NCBI RefSeq assembly: GCF_009914755.1 | Contig: NC_060930.1 | Strand: one strand, 5' to 3' | Origin: the human T2T-CHM13v2.0 reference genome, Homo sapiens | Length of the DNA: 64,000 nt | Shown: positions 40,454 to 54,294 of the stretch, piece by piece | How positions within the stretch are numbered: the first letter of the stretch is position 1 | How the letters are laid out: each line of letters opens with the position of its first letter | The notes under the pieces: generated by a model | Told to the model about the DNA's origin: nothing | Seen by the model: the letters and a program-made list of their open reading frames with translations, nothing else | Databases searched by the model: none | Translations under genes and position numbers: made by a program

Positions 40454-40556
40454 CTGTTTTCAAAGGCCACTCCTTGCAAATTGGCTAGCAATTCTTTTCC
40501 TCTATAATTTTTCAAAGCATGTGATCTCCCTTGCATTTCTTCCATTACAAAATTTT
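40454..40556 (-). CDS. Open exon NFVMEEMQGRSHALKNYRGKELLANLQGVAFEN (phase 1/2), containing a strong-Kozak ATG at 40545
   Basis: Acceptor tgactaaatattag| and donor CAG|gtaact. No stops. Confidence 0.55.
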
Positions 40557-40701
40557 CTAATATTTAGTCAACATGTTCTCCTATATTTCATTCTAACTCT
40601 CATAATGCTTAAATTACACTCTCATTTTTCCATTCTCTATAAAAGACAAATTTCAAAAAAGATTATATCCATTTATCTCTACTTGCTAAGCTTGTATTTT
40701 T

Positions 40702-41920
<1,219 letters not shown>

Positions 41921-41999
41921 TTAATTTTCAACGCAGTTTTTCCTTGTGCTATTTGTTTAAAATTGCACCTACTACACACCGTGCTTGTTCTCAAGTCAC

Positions 42000-43500
42000 A
42001 GAGATACTTTTCTACCATCATACTACATTAGCTGCACATGATTAAGTTAGTTCTCCATTCCTCAACTCTCTATAATCTTTTGATTTCCATGACATTACAT
42101 TTTTCTCATTTTCCTTTTTCATCTCAGGCTTTTAGTTGTGTTTCTTTCTCATAAGCACCTTTTTCTTCATTATGCTTATTAAATGTTGTTATCCTGCTGG
42201 GTTAAGGCATATACCTTCTTTCCTATCTCTGTTCTCTTCTTAGATGGTCTTAGTCCCAGGATTTTAAATACCATCTGAAACAACTTCTTATTGGATATTT
42301 CCACTTAGATGTATCAACACCCTGTCAAAATATATTTAAAATCTCTAACACTACAAATATGTATTTTTCCGCATCTCAGTAAATGGCATTGCCATATAGC
42401 CAGTTTGCAGTTATTGTTAATCATTGTACTTCCTTTTCATCACCCTTACCTCCAATCCATCAGCAAGCTTTATTATTCTGCTTTATATTTCTTGACTCTA
42501 TTACTGTCTGTCTCTCCTCTTGTGTTCTCATCCAATTCTCCAACGCTGCTCACCTAGGGTATCACAGTAACCTTCACATGGAACTTCCCGGTTTCCTCCA
42601 GTGTATTCTCCACACTGCTTCAGAATAATCTTTTAAAAACTTAAATCTGGCCGGGCGTGGTCGCTCATATCTGTAATCCCAGCACTTTGGGAGGCTGAGG
42701 CGAGCTGATTGCCTGATGTCAGGAGTTCGAGAAGAGTCTGGCCAACACGGTGAAACCCCGTCTCTAATAAAAATACAAAAAAAAAAAAATTAGCCAGGCG
42801 TGGTGGTGTGTGCCTGTAATCCCAGCTACTTGAGAGGTGAGGCAGGGGAATTACTTGAACCCGGGAGGCAGAGGTTGCAGTGAGCCAAGATTGCGCCACT
42901 GCACTCCAGTATGGGCAACAGAACGAGACTCCATCTCAAAAACAAAACAATAACAACAACAAAAACTTAAATCTGTTCAAATCATTTACCTACCTAAATC
43001 TGTCCATGCCCTCCCTTCACATCCCAAATCAAATCCTAAATTCCTCGAATGGATTTGTCTGTATCTAGCCCTCCTACCTTATTGTCTCCCACTTTTCTCC
43101 CATTTTACTCTTACTTAGAAAGCAGCTTCCATTCTCTTCCTCCAATGTATATGCCAAGCTTTTTCCCAACTCAGGACCTTGGCACATGCAGTATCTTCTG
43201 TCTGGGAGATTTTTCTCTCTTTCGCTATTTTCATAGCTGGCTCTTTATCCTTCAAGCCTCAGTTTAAAATTATTTCTGAACAAAGTCTTTCCCTACTACT
43301 TTGGTTAAATAGGTATCACATTTCCTTCTCTATCACTTAATATTTTTCTTTATATAACTTCAAAAAAGTATTTATCATATGTTTATTTCCTTATTCATCA
43401 CTAGATTTTAATCCTTTTGAGTTCAGATAACATCTGTTTTCTTCACTGCAACCTAACACATACTAGACACAATACAAATTTGTTGAACAACTGAATAAAG
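42000..43500 (+). mobile_element. L2 (interrupted by AluS)
   Basis: catctcagtaaatggca..ctccaatccatcagcaag..aaatttgttgaa. Confidence 0.75.
42649..42960 (+). mobile_element. AluS
   Basis: Full dimer; TSD aaaaacttaaatct. Confidence 0.93.
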
Positions 43501-44289
43501 ACACTTTCAGCCAGAGAATAATTTAAACATCCCTCTCATTATCAAAATCAGCCAGAAATAGCACTGATATTGCAGAAACGATGTGGGGCCTCAGATATCT
43601 ACACACATAGAGGTAATGAGCATGCAGATAAGGAAGGCAGGGGTCTGCAGCATCAGCTAGGCACAGATCATATTGTGCAGAGTATATTTATGCATTCTGT
43701 GCATGTTAATACAGACTCAGTGCTCAAGACTAACTCTAAAACCTCATACAAACAAAGACTAAGGCCTAATAATAAGGGCCCCAAAGCAAGAGAAAGATAG
43801 TACCAGACGATAGAATTGAACAAAGGTCGGGGAGCAAACACAGGAGGGTAGAGCCTGGGCATTAAGTAGTCTCTGGTCATAGTAGCAAAAGCAACAGTGG
43901 AAGTTGAAAAGCATTCATTATGTATTTATTTTTCCTCCTTCCTTATTATATATAACTAGAACTAGAAAAATAAGTCATTAAGCATTAAATCATGCTTCAT
44001 GTTGAACCTCCCCAATTTATTTATTTACTGAATAAAATGTATTTGCAAGACATTGTCCCATTGCACTTACAAAATTAAAGTTCCAATAAATATGTAGGTG
44101 GTCACGTTTCAGAATTATAACAAAAAGGTATATATTTTTCTTTTCTTTATATTTCAATGTAATAAAATATCTGTAACACACTAATCCTAAAGTGCAAAAA
44201 AAAAAAAGCCTACTTTTTAAAATCACAGACCATTTCTAACCCATTTCTGGTATACCCTAGTTGTACTAACACTTCTTATATGATAAGAA

Positions 44290-44303
44290 GTTGCTATAGC
44301 AAC
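44290..44303. promoter_or_regulatory. Palindromic RFX X-box GTTGCTATAGCAAC
   Basis: Perfect 14-bp palindrome matching the X-box consensus. Confidence 0.5.
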
Positions 44304-44340
44304 ATATTTTAATCCTTTAATGATCACTTTTGCAATTTAC

Positions 44341-44543
44341 CACTGGCTTTCAGGACAGAGATATACAAATGACTCTTTTTGATCCATAATGTTACTAAAA
44401 TTAATGGTGTATCAATTGAGAATCCAAGGGTTTTGCTATAAGCATAAAATGGAACCAGCAATATTTAGCTTTATTCACTTTGTTTCTCCACATTGCTTCT
44501 ATTTTCAAAATGAAGTTTACACATTAGGTATCCCAAACTCTCA
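44341..44543 (-). pseudogene. Pseudo-exon ESLGYLMCKLHFENRSNVEKQSE*S*ILLVPFYAYSKTLGFSIDTPLILVTLWIKKSHLYISVLKAS (phase 2/1)
   Basis: Acceptor gttttcag| and donor GTG|gtaaat. 203 nt with two TAA. Confidence 0.55.
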
Positions 44544-45274
44544 CTGAAAACTCACTATCTGGTAGGGGCAGCATCCTTAGGGGATAAACCAAACCATGAT
44601 CAGCATTCTGTCACTCTGTGGTCAGAAATTTCATTGAATAGGCAGAATGCTTTGTTTTGTTTTGTTTTTTGTACTAGGCTACAATGTGTCATTTTTCTCT
44701 AATTTGTTAATCTATTTAAAAATGCATTGAAAAGGGGCATAACTATGGATAAATAAACACTATTTTTAAGGCTTCTTATCAGAAATTGGAAAACATGATC
44801 TGCCTTTATTGAAAATTTTCAATTAATATTTTATTCTGATACAAAAGCAGTAAGTGTCTAAAGAATCTCAAAAATACAGCAACAGAAAAGAAAAATATAA
44901 CTAACAATTCTAGCTTCCTAGGATTATCACAGTTAACATTTGAGCATAGACACATACAAAATTAGGCTTACACAGTACCTAATGTGCAATAACCTGCAAT
45001 TTTCTCTTAAAAGCATATCATGAATATATCTCTATATTTTCAACTATCGTAGAATGATATTTAATATCTCCACAGCATTTTATTTGAAGGATGTAAAGTT
45101 ATTTGTAACCATCTCCTTTTGTAGATCATTTAGGTTGTTTCCAATAACTTGATCTTTTAAGTAATACCCCATGAACATATTTGTGCGTAGGTCTTCACCC
45201 AATCCTCTCTTTCCTTAAAGGACTGCTAGTTCAAATGACATGTGTATTGTATATTTTTATTACCTATATTCGAA

Positions 45275-45533
45275 GTAGTTTATAATTAAGTGTTAAAACC
45301 ATAGCCTTTAGCTTTAGACCACTTCGACTGAAATTGGAGTTGACACTTAATATCTCTGTAACCTAAGGCAAGTTACTTAACCATCCTATGCCTCCACTTT
45401 CTCATCTGCAAAATGGGAATAAACATATTTGCTACCTCAGAATAATTTTTAAACAATTAAATCAATTAATACACGTAAAGAGACTATATCAATGCCTGGC
45501 AAAGAGTAGTCACTTTAAAATGCTCACTGTTAT
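45275..45533 (+). mobile_element. MIR
   Basis: ggcaagttacttaacc..ctcatctgcaaaatggg. Confidence 0.85.
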
Positions 45534-45679
45534 TTGCCAAATATACTGCCAGAAATAATGTACCAATTTATACTCCAAAAAATAGTGTATACATATTCCA
45601 ATGTCCATACAACATAATCAACAGCAGATATTATTACTTTTATACAATTTTATATTTAATAGTCAAGTGTTACTGATGT

Positions 45680-46680
45680 TTTTAAATCAATAAACTTCAT
45701 TTTTAGAGCAATTTTAAGTTCACAGGAAAAATGAGCAGAAAATACAGCGTTCCAATGTAGCCATCTCTACCTATGCACACAACCTCTTACACTAGCTACA
45801 TCCTGCACCACAGTGGCACACTTGTTACAACCTTTGAACATACATAGACACATGTTTATCACCCCAAATCCATAGTCCACTCTCGGAATCATCCATTCTA
45901 TGGGTTTGACAAACGTATAATGTGATGTGCCCACCATTGTGGTATCATACAGACTACTTTCAGTGCCCTAAAAATCCTTTGTGCTCTGCCTATTTATTCC
46001 TCCCTCCCCACAATGCTTGGAAACCACAGATCTTTTTGCTTTTTCCATACTTTTGACTTTTCCAGAACGTCATAGAGTAGGAATCATACAGCGTGTAGAA
46101 TTTTCAGACTTGCTTCTTTCACTTAATCATATATAGTTAAGGAATATGCATTTCTTACATGTAATTTCAAGGCTTGATAAGCTATTTTTTTTATCACTGA
46201 GTATTATTTCTTTATCCAGACATACCACAGTTTCATTATCCTTCCACTTGCTGAAGAACATCTCAGGTGCTTGAAAGTCTTGGCAATTATGAATAAAGTT
46301 GCTATAAACATTTGTGTGCAGATTTTTGTGTGGACATAATTTTTCAATTCATTTGGATAAACACCAAGGAGTACAGTTGGTGAATCAAATGGTAAGAGAA
46401 TGTTCAATTTTCTAAGAAATGATCTATTTATTTTTCAAAGTGGCTATGCCATTTTGCATTTCTACCAGCAATGAATGAGAGCTCTTGTTGCTCTACATCC
46501 TTATCAGCATTTGCTGTTGTCATTGTGTTGCATTTTGGCTGTTCTAATAGGCAGGCAGTACTATCTCATTATTTAAATTTGTAGTTTTCTAATGACATCT
46601 GGTACTGAATTTCTTCCAATGTGATTAATTACCATTTGTATATCTTCTTTGTTGATGATTGTTCAGGTCTTTTGCTCATA
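45680..46680 (-). mobile_element. L1MB/MC 3' end
   Basis: ttttagagcaattttaagttcacagg..accagcaatgaatgagag. Confidence 0.85.
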
Positions 46681-46845
46681 GTAAATGGCAATTAAATTTG
46701 AGCCTCAATATTGTTCATAATTTGAAAGACAATTCTCTTTCAACTTAAGTTACAGCATTGAAAATGGTTAGTTGTGAAAGGCATATTGATTTCATTTAGT
46801 TTATTTTTCTGACGACATAAAGGTCAAAATGTTTAAGAGATTTAC

Positions 46846-46915
46846 CTTAGTAAGCATGGCTGATTAAAATAATCATAAGATATAATCAACTTTACAAACT
46901 TCAAAGACACTTGAA
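46846..46915 (-). pseudogene. Pseudo-exon QVSLKFVKLIISYDYFNQPCLL (phase 1/2)
   Basis: Acceptor attattatgttctag| and donor AAG|gtaaat. Open. Bridges the phases of its neighbours. Confidence 0.6.
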
Positions 46916-47185
46916 CTAGAACATAATAATTACATTGGGAAATAATTAACAAATATTTAGTTATCCTTATAAAAAAGCAAGATTGCACTATATCCAAAAT
47001 GCTCTTTGCAACCCAAGTGTTTGTAATTTAAGAAAGTTATTTCAATAAAAACCTAGAAAAGTTTTAGAAGTAAATGTTAACATAGTCAAGGGCACAGTCT
47101 CTGCATTTAAAAATTAAACAATAAGAACTCTAGTCTTAAGGTGAAGGTAAGGAGGAATACAATCAATGCTTTCTGTTTCTTGAAA

Positions 47186-47253
47186 GATAGGTAGGTAGGT
47201 GGGTAGATAGATGATTGATAGATAGATAGATAGACAGATAGATAGATAGATAG
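47186..47253. repeat. (TAGG)n/(GATA)n tetranucleotide STR
   Basis: Read directly from the sequence. Confidence 0.9.
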
Positions 47254-47613
47254 AAAACAAACTAATTCAGCAAATATTCAACTAATATAAACATTGGAAT
47301 CTTCCCTTAAGTCTTAACTACAAAATAAATACAAATACATACTATATGGCATTGAAAACAATAAGCTTATGAAATTTATAACATCAAATGACTTGTAGCA
47401 TGCTGAAAATATTTTTATGTATAAATATATTTCATATGTATAAATTTAATTAAATTTATAAACATGTAAATTTAATATACATATAAATATTTATTAAAAT
47501 CATTTATTTACAATTCAAGAAATATTATGTAAACAGAGAAATAATAGATTCTTCACATTTATGAAAATGTTAATGTAGTATTTCTAAATATTTAATGTTG
47601 TCTGGAGGACAAC

Positions 47614-47755
47614 CAAAGTCTCTTAAAAAGATATAGCTAGTTGCTATATTAAAGTCCCAGTGATGAGCTGAAGAAATCACTGGGCCACGGAAGTATAGCA
47701 CTCCTAGTGTCCTTGTGTTTCCCCGCAATACATATTGAAGCCCAAATTTATACAT
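47614..47755 (-). pseudogene. Pseudo-exon MYKFGLQYVLRGNTRTLGVLYFRGPVISSAHHWDFNIATSYIFLRDF (phase 0/1; alternative end 47557)
   Basis: Acceptor gttaaagttcag|. Lies in ORF 47570-47806. Both candidate donors are phase 1. Confidence 0.6.
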
Positions 47756-49002
47756 CTGAACTTTAACAATAACAGTGACTATCACATTGAAACTCTGCCT
47801 TGACATTACAAGGATGGCTCTGAAGGACTTTCTGGTCTATTATATTAATGATATTGTTGGCTTTCTGTAAATTATCTGAATAATTGTAACCAACTGTCAG
47901 CTTTTATGCAACTAGAGTTGGAAAAGAGCAACTTTGGGGAAGGATGTCAGAGAGAAAGACTAAAACAGTAAGAAAAAGTTAATAATCTCCTTCCAAAGAG
48001 AACCATACATGCACATACACATACACACAAATAACAATGTTTGCAAACATTATCTCTAAAGCTAAGATTAAGAAGATATCTAAAAACCCATGTATGTCTA
48101 ACATCTGGTAAATCTATGCACTTTTATAGATTGCTTTCTCTCAGATGATCTATTAGTTTCTTATTTGATCACTTTTAAAACTACTAAGGTAAGTAAAACA
48201 TATGAAAATACTCATTTAAAACACTTTGGTTGAAAAGGCACTAATGGATCTGAAAAAAGGCTGATTTAAGGTGACCAAGTATCAGACCAGATTTATAATT
48301 CAGATCATTTGTATTTTTCAAATATTAATTTAATCTAATTATTTAACAATTTGATGTAGGTACGTAAAGGATAAAATGACAATTTTTAAAAATCTTTTAA
48401 GTACGTGTTGGGTATTATGGTAGTTAAAGTTAAATTACACTAAGGAAATCTGAAGTGTTCTCTGTCAGTGGGCCTTTAGGGAGCAGGGGATTTTATGACT
48501 TGGTTTTTAATGACCCCTATGATTCCTGAGGGGAGTCATAATTTTTTAATCAAGCACAGCTGCCATTTAATAAAAGCCAACTTTGCTAGGCTAGGTCAGT
48601 GACAGTAAGTTTAACAGCTTCCTTGATAGTTTTGTGCATGTTTTCTCCTAAGCCTCACAGTTCTCATCTTTTTAAACTTTTTTAACCTAATTGAACAAGG
48701 GAATGGAATCTACAAGTCAAATTTTTTTGCAATAGTTCCTTTTAGACTCTAAGTCCCCAGATGAGTATAAATGCATTCTATTAACTTTGTCATCCTGTTT
48801 TTGAATGGTTACATTAAAGACATTTAGGAAAATAATAGATGAGCCAATGTGTTCAATGCGAGAATTTGAAACTGTTACATAAAATTTAGGAAAGTTTATT
48901 TAACAACAATATTGTCAAAATGTCTAATTATGACAGCGACATTGTTTATCCCTTTCTCTCTACTTTCAACATCTGTTTATATACTAGTATTCTAAAACTT
49001 AC

Positions 49003-49107
49003 CTCAAGTCTCAATGGTCACAATTTTTCTCTGAAATTACATCATTCTTCCCTCCATTACTTTAACTATATTCTCAAATTTTCTCTGTATTTTCTAGCAT
49101 TGTAGTG
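49003..49107 (-). pseudogene. 105-nt symmetric pseudo-exon with several stops
   Basis: Acceptor ccttccattttcaag| and consensus donor GAG|gtaagt. Confidence 0.55.
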
Positions 49108-49225
49108 CTTGAAAATGGAAGGCATTTGTAAGGGCTTTTCAGAAAAGATAATGAAAAATCAGGCAAATTATTATATCATAGCTTGGGCACTGTAGCTGTA
49201 TCATACTGTGCTGAGATTTGTATCT

Positions 49226-49602
49226 GTAGTAATGGTGGTACTGGCCACTAACATATCAGGTCTGTTCTCCCTCCGGGCACAGAGAAGAATTTCACTTACT
49301 GAGGCTGATGAAGTTAGACATGGGCATGTTATTTGTTTTGCTATTAAATATGACCGGGGTTAGAGTGTGTCATTTCTGGGCTGAAGTGTTTAATTAGTAG
49401 AGGCATACATCATACATTGAGAGGGCAGCATCATCTTAAGAGGGTGACACTGTGTCTGCCTGGATCTTAGGTGACTCTGATAAGATTGTTTCTTGTGAAT
49501 GTATGCTTTATATCTAGAGTAATCATAAAATAAATTTTTATTGTTGCAAGCCACTGAGATTTGAGGTTGGTTGTTATCTGGTCTATCTTGACTGATCCAC
49601 AA
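49226..49602 (+). mobile_element. MLT1J-like LTR
   Basis: gtgtgtcatttctgggctgaag..aagccactgagatttgagg. Confidence 0.7.
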
Positions 49603-49926
49603 TCTAATTTTAATTTATTCCTAATCACCAAGCTAATTATATGAGTTCTTTTTATTTCAAGATAAATGTCTAGAGATGGTTGTCATAAGGTCTGTATAAG
49701 TGCATTAAACTGCATATTTTAGTCGTACCCACTATTCTAAACTGTATTTCCATTTTAACTGTGAATAATGCAGCTATTTTCTTTGGACTAGTAGGCTAAA
49801 TTAAGGAAAACTGACATCATACACTAAGTTTAATACTCATCAAAATGAAATTTTCCATGTCACTTTAGATGGCATTACTGATAAGGAATGAAGGCTGGGA
49901 ACTTGATTTAATTTCATTGAACTTAC

Positions 49927-50844
49927 CGCTGAGAGAATTATATAGCTCTAACCTTTCCACCCCTGTTCCAGTGTCCTAGTCTACCACCTGCAGCATCATA
50001 AACAGAGGAATCTTGGTGAATGGGAGCCATCTGCAACATAACTCATCTCTTCAAAGGGCAGCTGGATTCAAGTGCTATCATGTCTTCCAATGTGCAGTAT
50101 ATTTAAGTTATTGTTTTTAAATAATCCTCTGTTTTCTCTTTTGTACATTGGCAAAGACTTTAAATAACTGATGTCAAAATCACTTGGTTCTTCTGCTTAT
50201 TGAATTTCCAGAGACGTTAAATATGAAAATCTGCATCTATGGTGCAGTGTTTGTATGTGAAATAAGGTAATTCAATCATGCTTCTGTATAAACAGCAATG
50301 GTCCATTTATGACAACAATTCTGAATACATTATACAAAAATTAACTTCAATATTTTTGGTATTATACTTAGCTCCTCAAGGATAAACAAAACGTCATGCC
50401 ACTGATGCTGATGCCCTAATTCTTACTTTACCTGGTGTGCATAAAAAGTATACACTTAGTAGGGGAGCACAAACAGTGGTAATGGTACAAAGATTTCTTA
50501 TTTCAATATTTACCTTTTGTGGATAGATTTAGGAATTTTCCCTTCCTTTTAAATGAGAAGCAAAGGTAAGCTGGCTACAGTAGGGTAATACAAACGTTAA
50601 AATTATTGTGAATGCTATGCCATATGGTGCTTAGATAATGGTAGAAATAGGTTTTTGATCAGCAGATACATTCTCATTAGAATCTCACCGTTTTTAGCAC
50701 AGAACAGATGAATTTTCTTTGGAGCAGTTTGTTCTAAGGATGGCTTTCTTGGCTGTGATAGCAGGTTTTAGAGTTTCATGAATTGTTGCTATGGCAGTAT
50801 GAATTGAATAAAATGTCTATTGTATTTTCCAAGATGCATGCCTC
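49927..50844 (-). pseudogene. Pseudo-exon starting GMHLGKYNRHFIQFILP*QQFMKL*NLLSQPRKPSL...; ends at 50689 (gtgaga) or runs on to the consensus donor at 49927
   Basis: Acceptor ctttaaatgttag| is phase 1, matching the previous exon. Donor GCG|gtaagt after 49927. Aligns with the start of the 57028 exon. Confidence 0.55.
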
Positions 50845-50965
50845 CTAACATTTAAAGGCATCTTAGTCTATATCACATTTATATAGTCTATATCACAAAT
50901 TAATGCAAACAGTCAAAGACAAGGCTGACTTCTTTTAAGGTCATTCATATACATCTTCACATTAC

Positions 50966-51029
50966 CTTTGTGTATGGTGAGAGATAACCTCCACATTTTC
51001 AGGTTATTAATGATTCTTACGGCTGAGGC
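50966..51029 (-). pseudogene. Pseudo-exon ASAVRIINNLKMWRLSLTIHK (phase 0/1)
   Basis: Acceptor cattcttcttcccag| and donor AAAG|gtaatg. Open. Aligns with YQIISLHDLW of the 57.7k exon. Confidence 0.65.
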
Positions 51030-51929
51030 CTGGGAAGAAGAATGATGCTAGTCAGTGCCTCATCATAACCATGTAATGATTTACAGGTCTACACTGACTA
51101 TTAGACCTTAGAAGTAAGATTAATATGAGAAAAATAATGTAAAGAATAATGAAATAAGTTTAGATACATAGTTGACTAGAATCTCATGCAAATTTGCAAA
51201 TATAAAATAGAACTCTGTTTGTCTGTATTGTTTGATTTTAATTCTTTACTTTTTATGTAAATAAACAGAACTAATTTTATAATAGCTTTGATTGAACTAA
51301 GCAGTTATTAACATAAATAGAAAAGAAGAACATTTAAATGGCTATGCTAAGAGAATAGAGAAGCTTCATTACTGAAAGTTTGATAATGATTTTTTTTAAA
51401 CTTCTAATCCTTAGTTATAATCCCATGTTTGTTTGTTTTAAGTGACTCTAAGTTTAAGATAACCCTGTTACAGAGCATATTTAAGTCTGCTGAAATATAA
51501 ATGTGTTCTTTTTTATTCCATTAGATACAAACTCATCATAGAGAAAAGGAACAGATGCTTTCAACCTGGTATGTTTAAGTCACATTCTGCCTTTGTAATT
51601 TGGAAGTTGTGTAACTGTCCAGTGCCTCAGTTTCCTACAACATAAAATGGTGATTATAACAGCATCTACCTTTGGAAGTTTCCTTCAGGATTACATTGAA
51701 CACTTACATTAGGGCCTAACATATAATTAGCACTGAGCTTTTGCTCATTGTTTTTATTGTAGTATTATGTTATATCATAGGACAAGGCATAATTAGTATA
51801 TTGTATCATTCATACCTAATTGTTATTAGATTGCATCATAAACCAGTATTGGCCTATGAAACTTAGTAAATTTCCTTCAAATGCTCATATTACCGCTATT
51901 CATAACATGACAAATTTGTCAAACTCCTC

Positions 51930-52760
51930 CATTTCCCTAGTCGACTCATTCTTCCACTCTCTTAGATAACTTTTTGAGATGACAATTCCACACCTCCTTT
52001 TTTCTTAACTCTCAAACCCTTCCTCCAACTTAACTCTCATCTTATGACCTGGCTTCCTATTTAACTGAGAAAACTGAGAGGATAGGAAGAGGGTATCCTC
52101 ATCTTCATCTCCCCAAGAACCACAAGCTAGCCTGGCAAATGTTCTTTTCTGTAGCATCAGATGAATCCCTTTCCGCTTAATCATTTCTATTATCATGTAG
52201 TACTATTTTTAAAAAAAAGTTGTTTACATTTTCATCTAGAAAGATCCTTAATCTCTTTCCTTTAGAAAAGAGTTCTTCTAAAGATCTTACATTTATGGTT
52301 TTCTGCAATCACTCTGCTCTCATTCTTTCTTGAACCCCTGACAAAAAGGATTTTTTGCCTCTATGGCACAACTAAAGCAACTATTGTTATTGTTAATAAT
52401 GACATCAATGATGCTAAATCTGATTTTCATTTCAAGGTTCTCATTTGAAATGTCAACAAAATTGGAAATAGTTAATAAATCCTTTTTTCTTGAAATGCTT
52501 CCTAGTTTTTCTATGTCCCTACCACTTCCTTCTTTTAACTCTTTCTTGTTCAACTTCCAAAATTATAAATATTGTAAAACATTTCTGTCCTTCTTTTCTT
52601 CTCTGTCTCCACCTGCTCCCTGAATGATTTTATCTAGCCTTTTGGCTTGAAATTATAATATGTGGTAGGACTTAAATATATACCACTCATCTTGACCTTC
52701 ACCAACAACTGCTTACTCAGCAGTACAACTTGGATGGCAGAGGGAATCTCAATCCTCTAC
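51930..52760 (+). mobile_element. L2 fragment
   Basis: gacctggcttcctatttaactgagaaaa..aatgacatcaatgatgctaaatc. Confidence 0.7.
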
Positions 52761-52789
52761 CTGTCCTCCTCTGTACTGCTTTCTATTTA

Positions 52790-53169
52790 CACATCCAGTT
52801 TCTGTGTATGCCCTGAAACCAGCTTGCTCACAACAGAATGTTTTGCTGTAAGAATACGTATTTGCCAATTAGCTTTGGCATGTATATAAAGCCCTTTTGT
52901 CTAATGTGGGGAGGCCAGAAATTAGTTCATTAAATAAAATCAGGTACATAAAAATATTGGTGGGTTATGATTTTAACAAGTATTATATGACAGAGTAATG
53001 CATATTTGGTTTGTTTCATAGTTGTTAGCAACAGTACTTCTCCCTTTTCCAGAATTTGCAGAATAATTTCATTCCTTTTCACACACTTAAGATACTTTGT
53101 TTCATGTCTCATAGCCCTCTAGTATTTGAGTTCCTGTACTAATTCAGGAATCTCACCTCAGACCTTAAT
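52790..53169 (-). pseudogene. Pseudo-exon IKV*GEIPELVQELKY*RAMRHETKYLKCVKRNEIILQILEKGE...QYFYVPDFI**TNFWPPHIRQKGFIYMPKLIGKYVFLQQ
   Basis: Acceptor ttttcactttgctttgtttggttag| (phase 0). About 110 codons in one frame with 4 stops. Resembles the 63k/61k/57.7k exons. Donor uncertain. Confidence 0.65.
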
Positions 53170-53343
53170 CTAACCAAACAAAGCAAAGTGAAAACGGCCA
53201 TCCCACCAACCAAATTCCCTTTATTGTAAAAATTCCCTTTACCACCAAGTCTGAATTTTTATTTTTAATTCATTTCCACCTAGAAGACTCTCTTTAGGTC
53301 TTCTCTTTTAACCAGTGTGGTTATATAACTTGTATCCAGACTC

Positions 53344-53840
53344 TGTGATAGCCAGTGTCCAAAGTTGAATCCTCAATGAAAAACAGTTTTCATGCCCTGT
53401 GTAGTTTTTTTTCCCCCTTCAAATGGGGATATCCTTATGACTCGATTTTGACCATTAATATATGGAAGAAATGATGCTTGTTCATAAGAACCCTTATGCT
53501 TCCACCTGGGGCTCTTGGAACACTCACATTTGGAATTCTCTTTTAGCACCGAGCTGGCATGCTTTAAGAAACCTGGCCATATGGCGAAAAGACTTGTAGG
53601 TTCTCCAGTTAACAGCCCAATTTGAGCAACTAGTCAATAGCCAATATCAACAATCAACCATGTGAATAAGCTATCCGAATCCAACTGAGTCTTCATATTG
53701 TAGTCTCAGCTACAATTTGACTGCAATTGAATGAGAGACCTCTTCCAGGAATCCAGCTGAACCCAGTCAATCACAAAACCCTGAAAAATAATAATAATTA
53801 TTTGTTGAAGGATTTAGGGTGGTTGCTATCAAACAATTAT
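53344..53840 (+). mobile_element. MLT1G/H-like LTR
   Basis: gctcttggaacactc..ccagctgaacccagtcaa. Confidence 0.7.
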
Positions 53841-54294
53841 TGTTCGTGACATTGGGATAGGTTTGAGATAATAGGTAATACTAAATTAATAAAATGTACA
53901 CAATTTAAAATGCTTAATTGTTGATTTTTAAAAACTGGCTTATCAGTATACTTATAAACTACTTCTAATAAAACTATTTTCAATTTTTTTCTAAAACATT
54001 TGAAAGTACATATATCATCATAAATTTAAACAAAATATGAAACCTAATTTATATTGGTTATCTAAATATTAAAAATAATAGAAGCCAAAAAATATTCTCA
54101 ATGTACATATATTAATTATATATTAACATTACATATCAATTTGTTTTCTAAACTGCATTTTTCTCTAATATTGAGTTACTTGTATTTATCTGGTGAAATA
54201 TTATTTTCAGTTTTATTATTTATGTTCATAAAAATTTTTAGTATCTTCCTACAGTTGCACTCTATATTTAGTATGTACATTTGAAATTATTCAC

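Noticed and set aside
47656-47684. 9-bp hairpin containing TGATGA and CTGA (C/D-box-like)
   Set aside because: Far too short for a snoRNA or pre-miRNA, and it lies inside a pseudo-exon.
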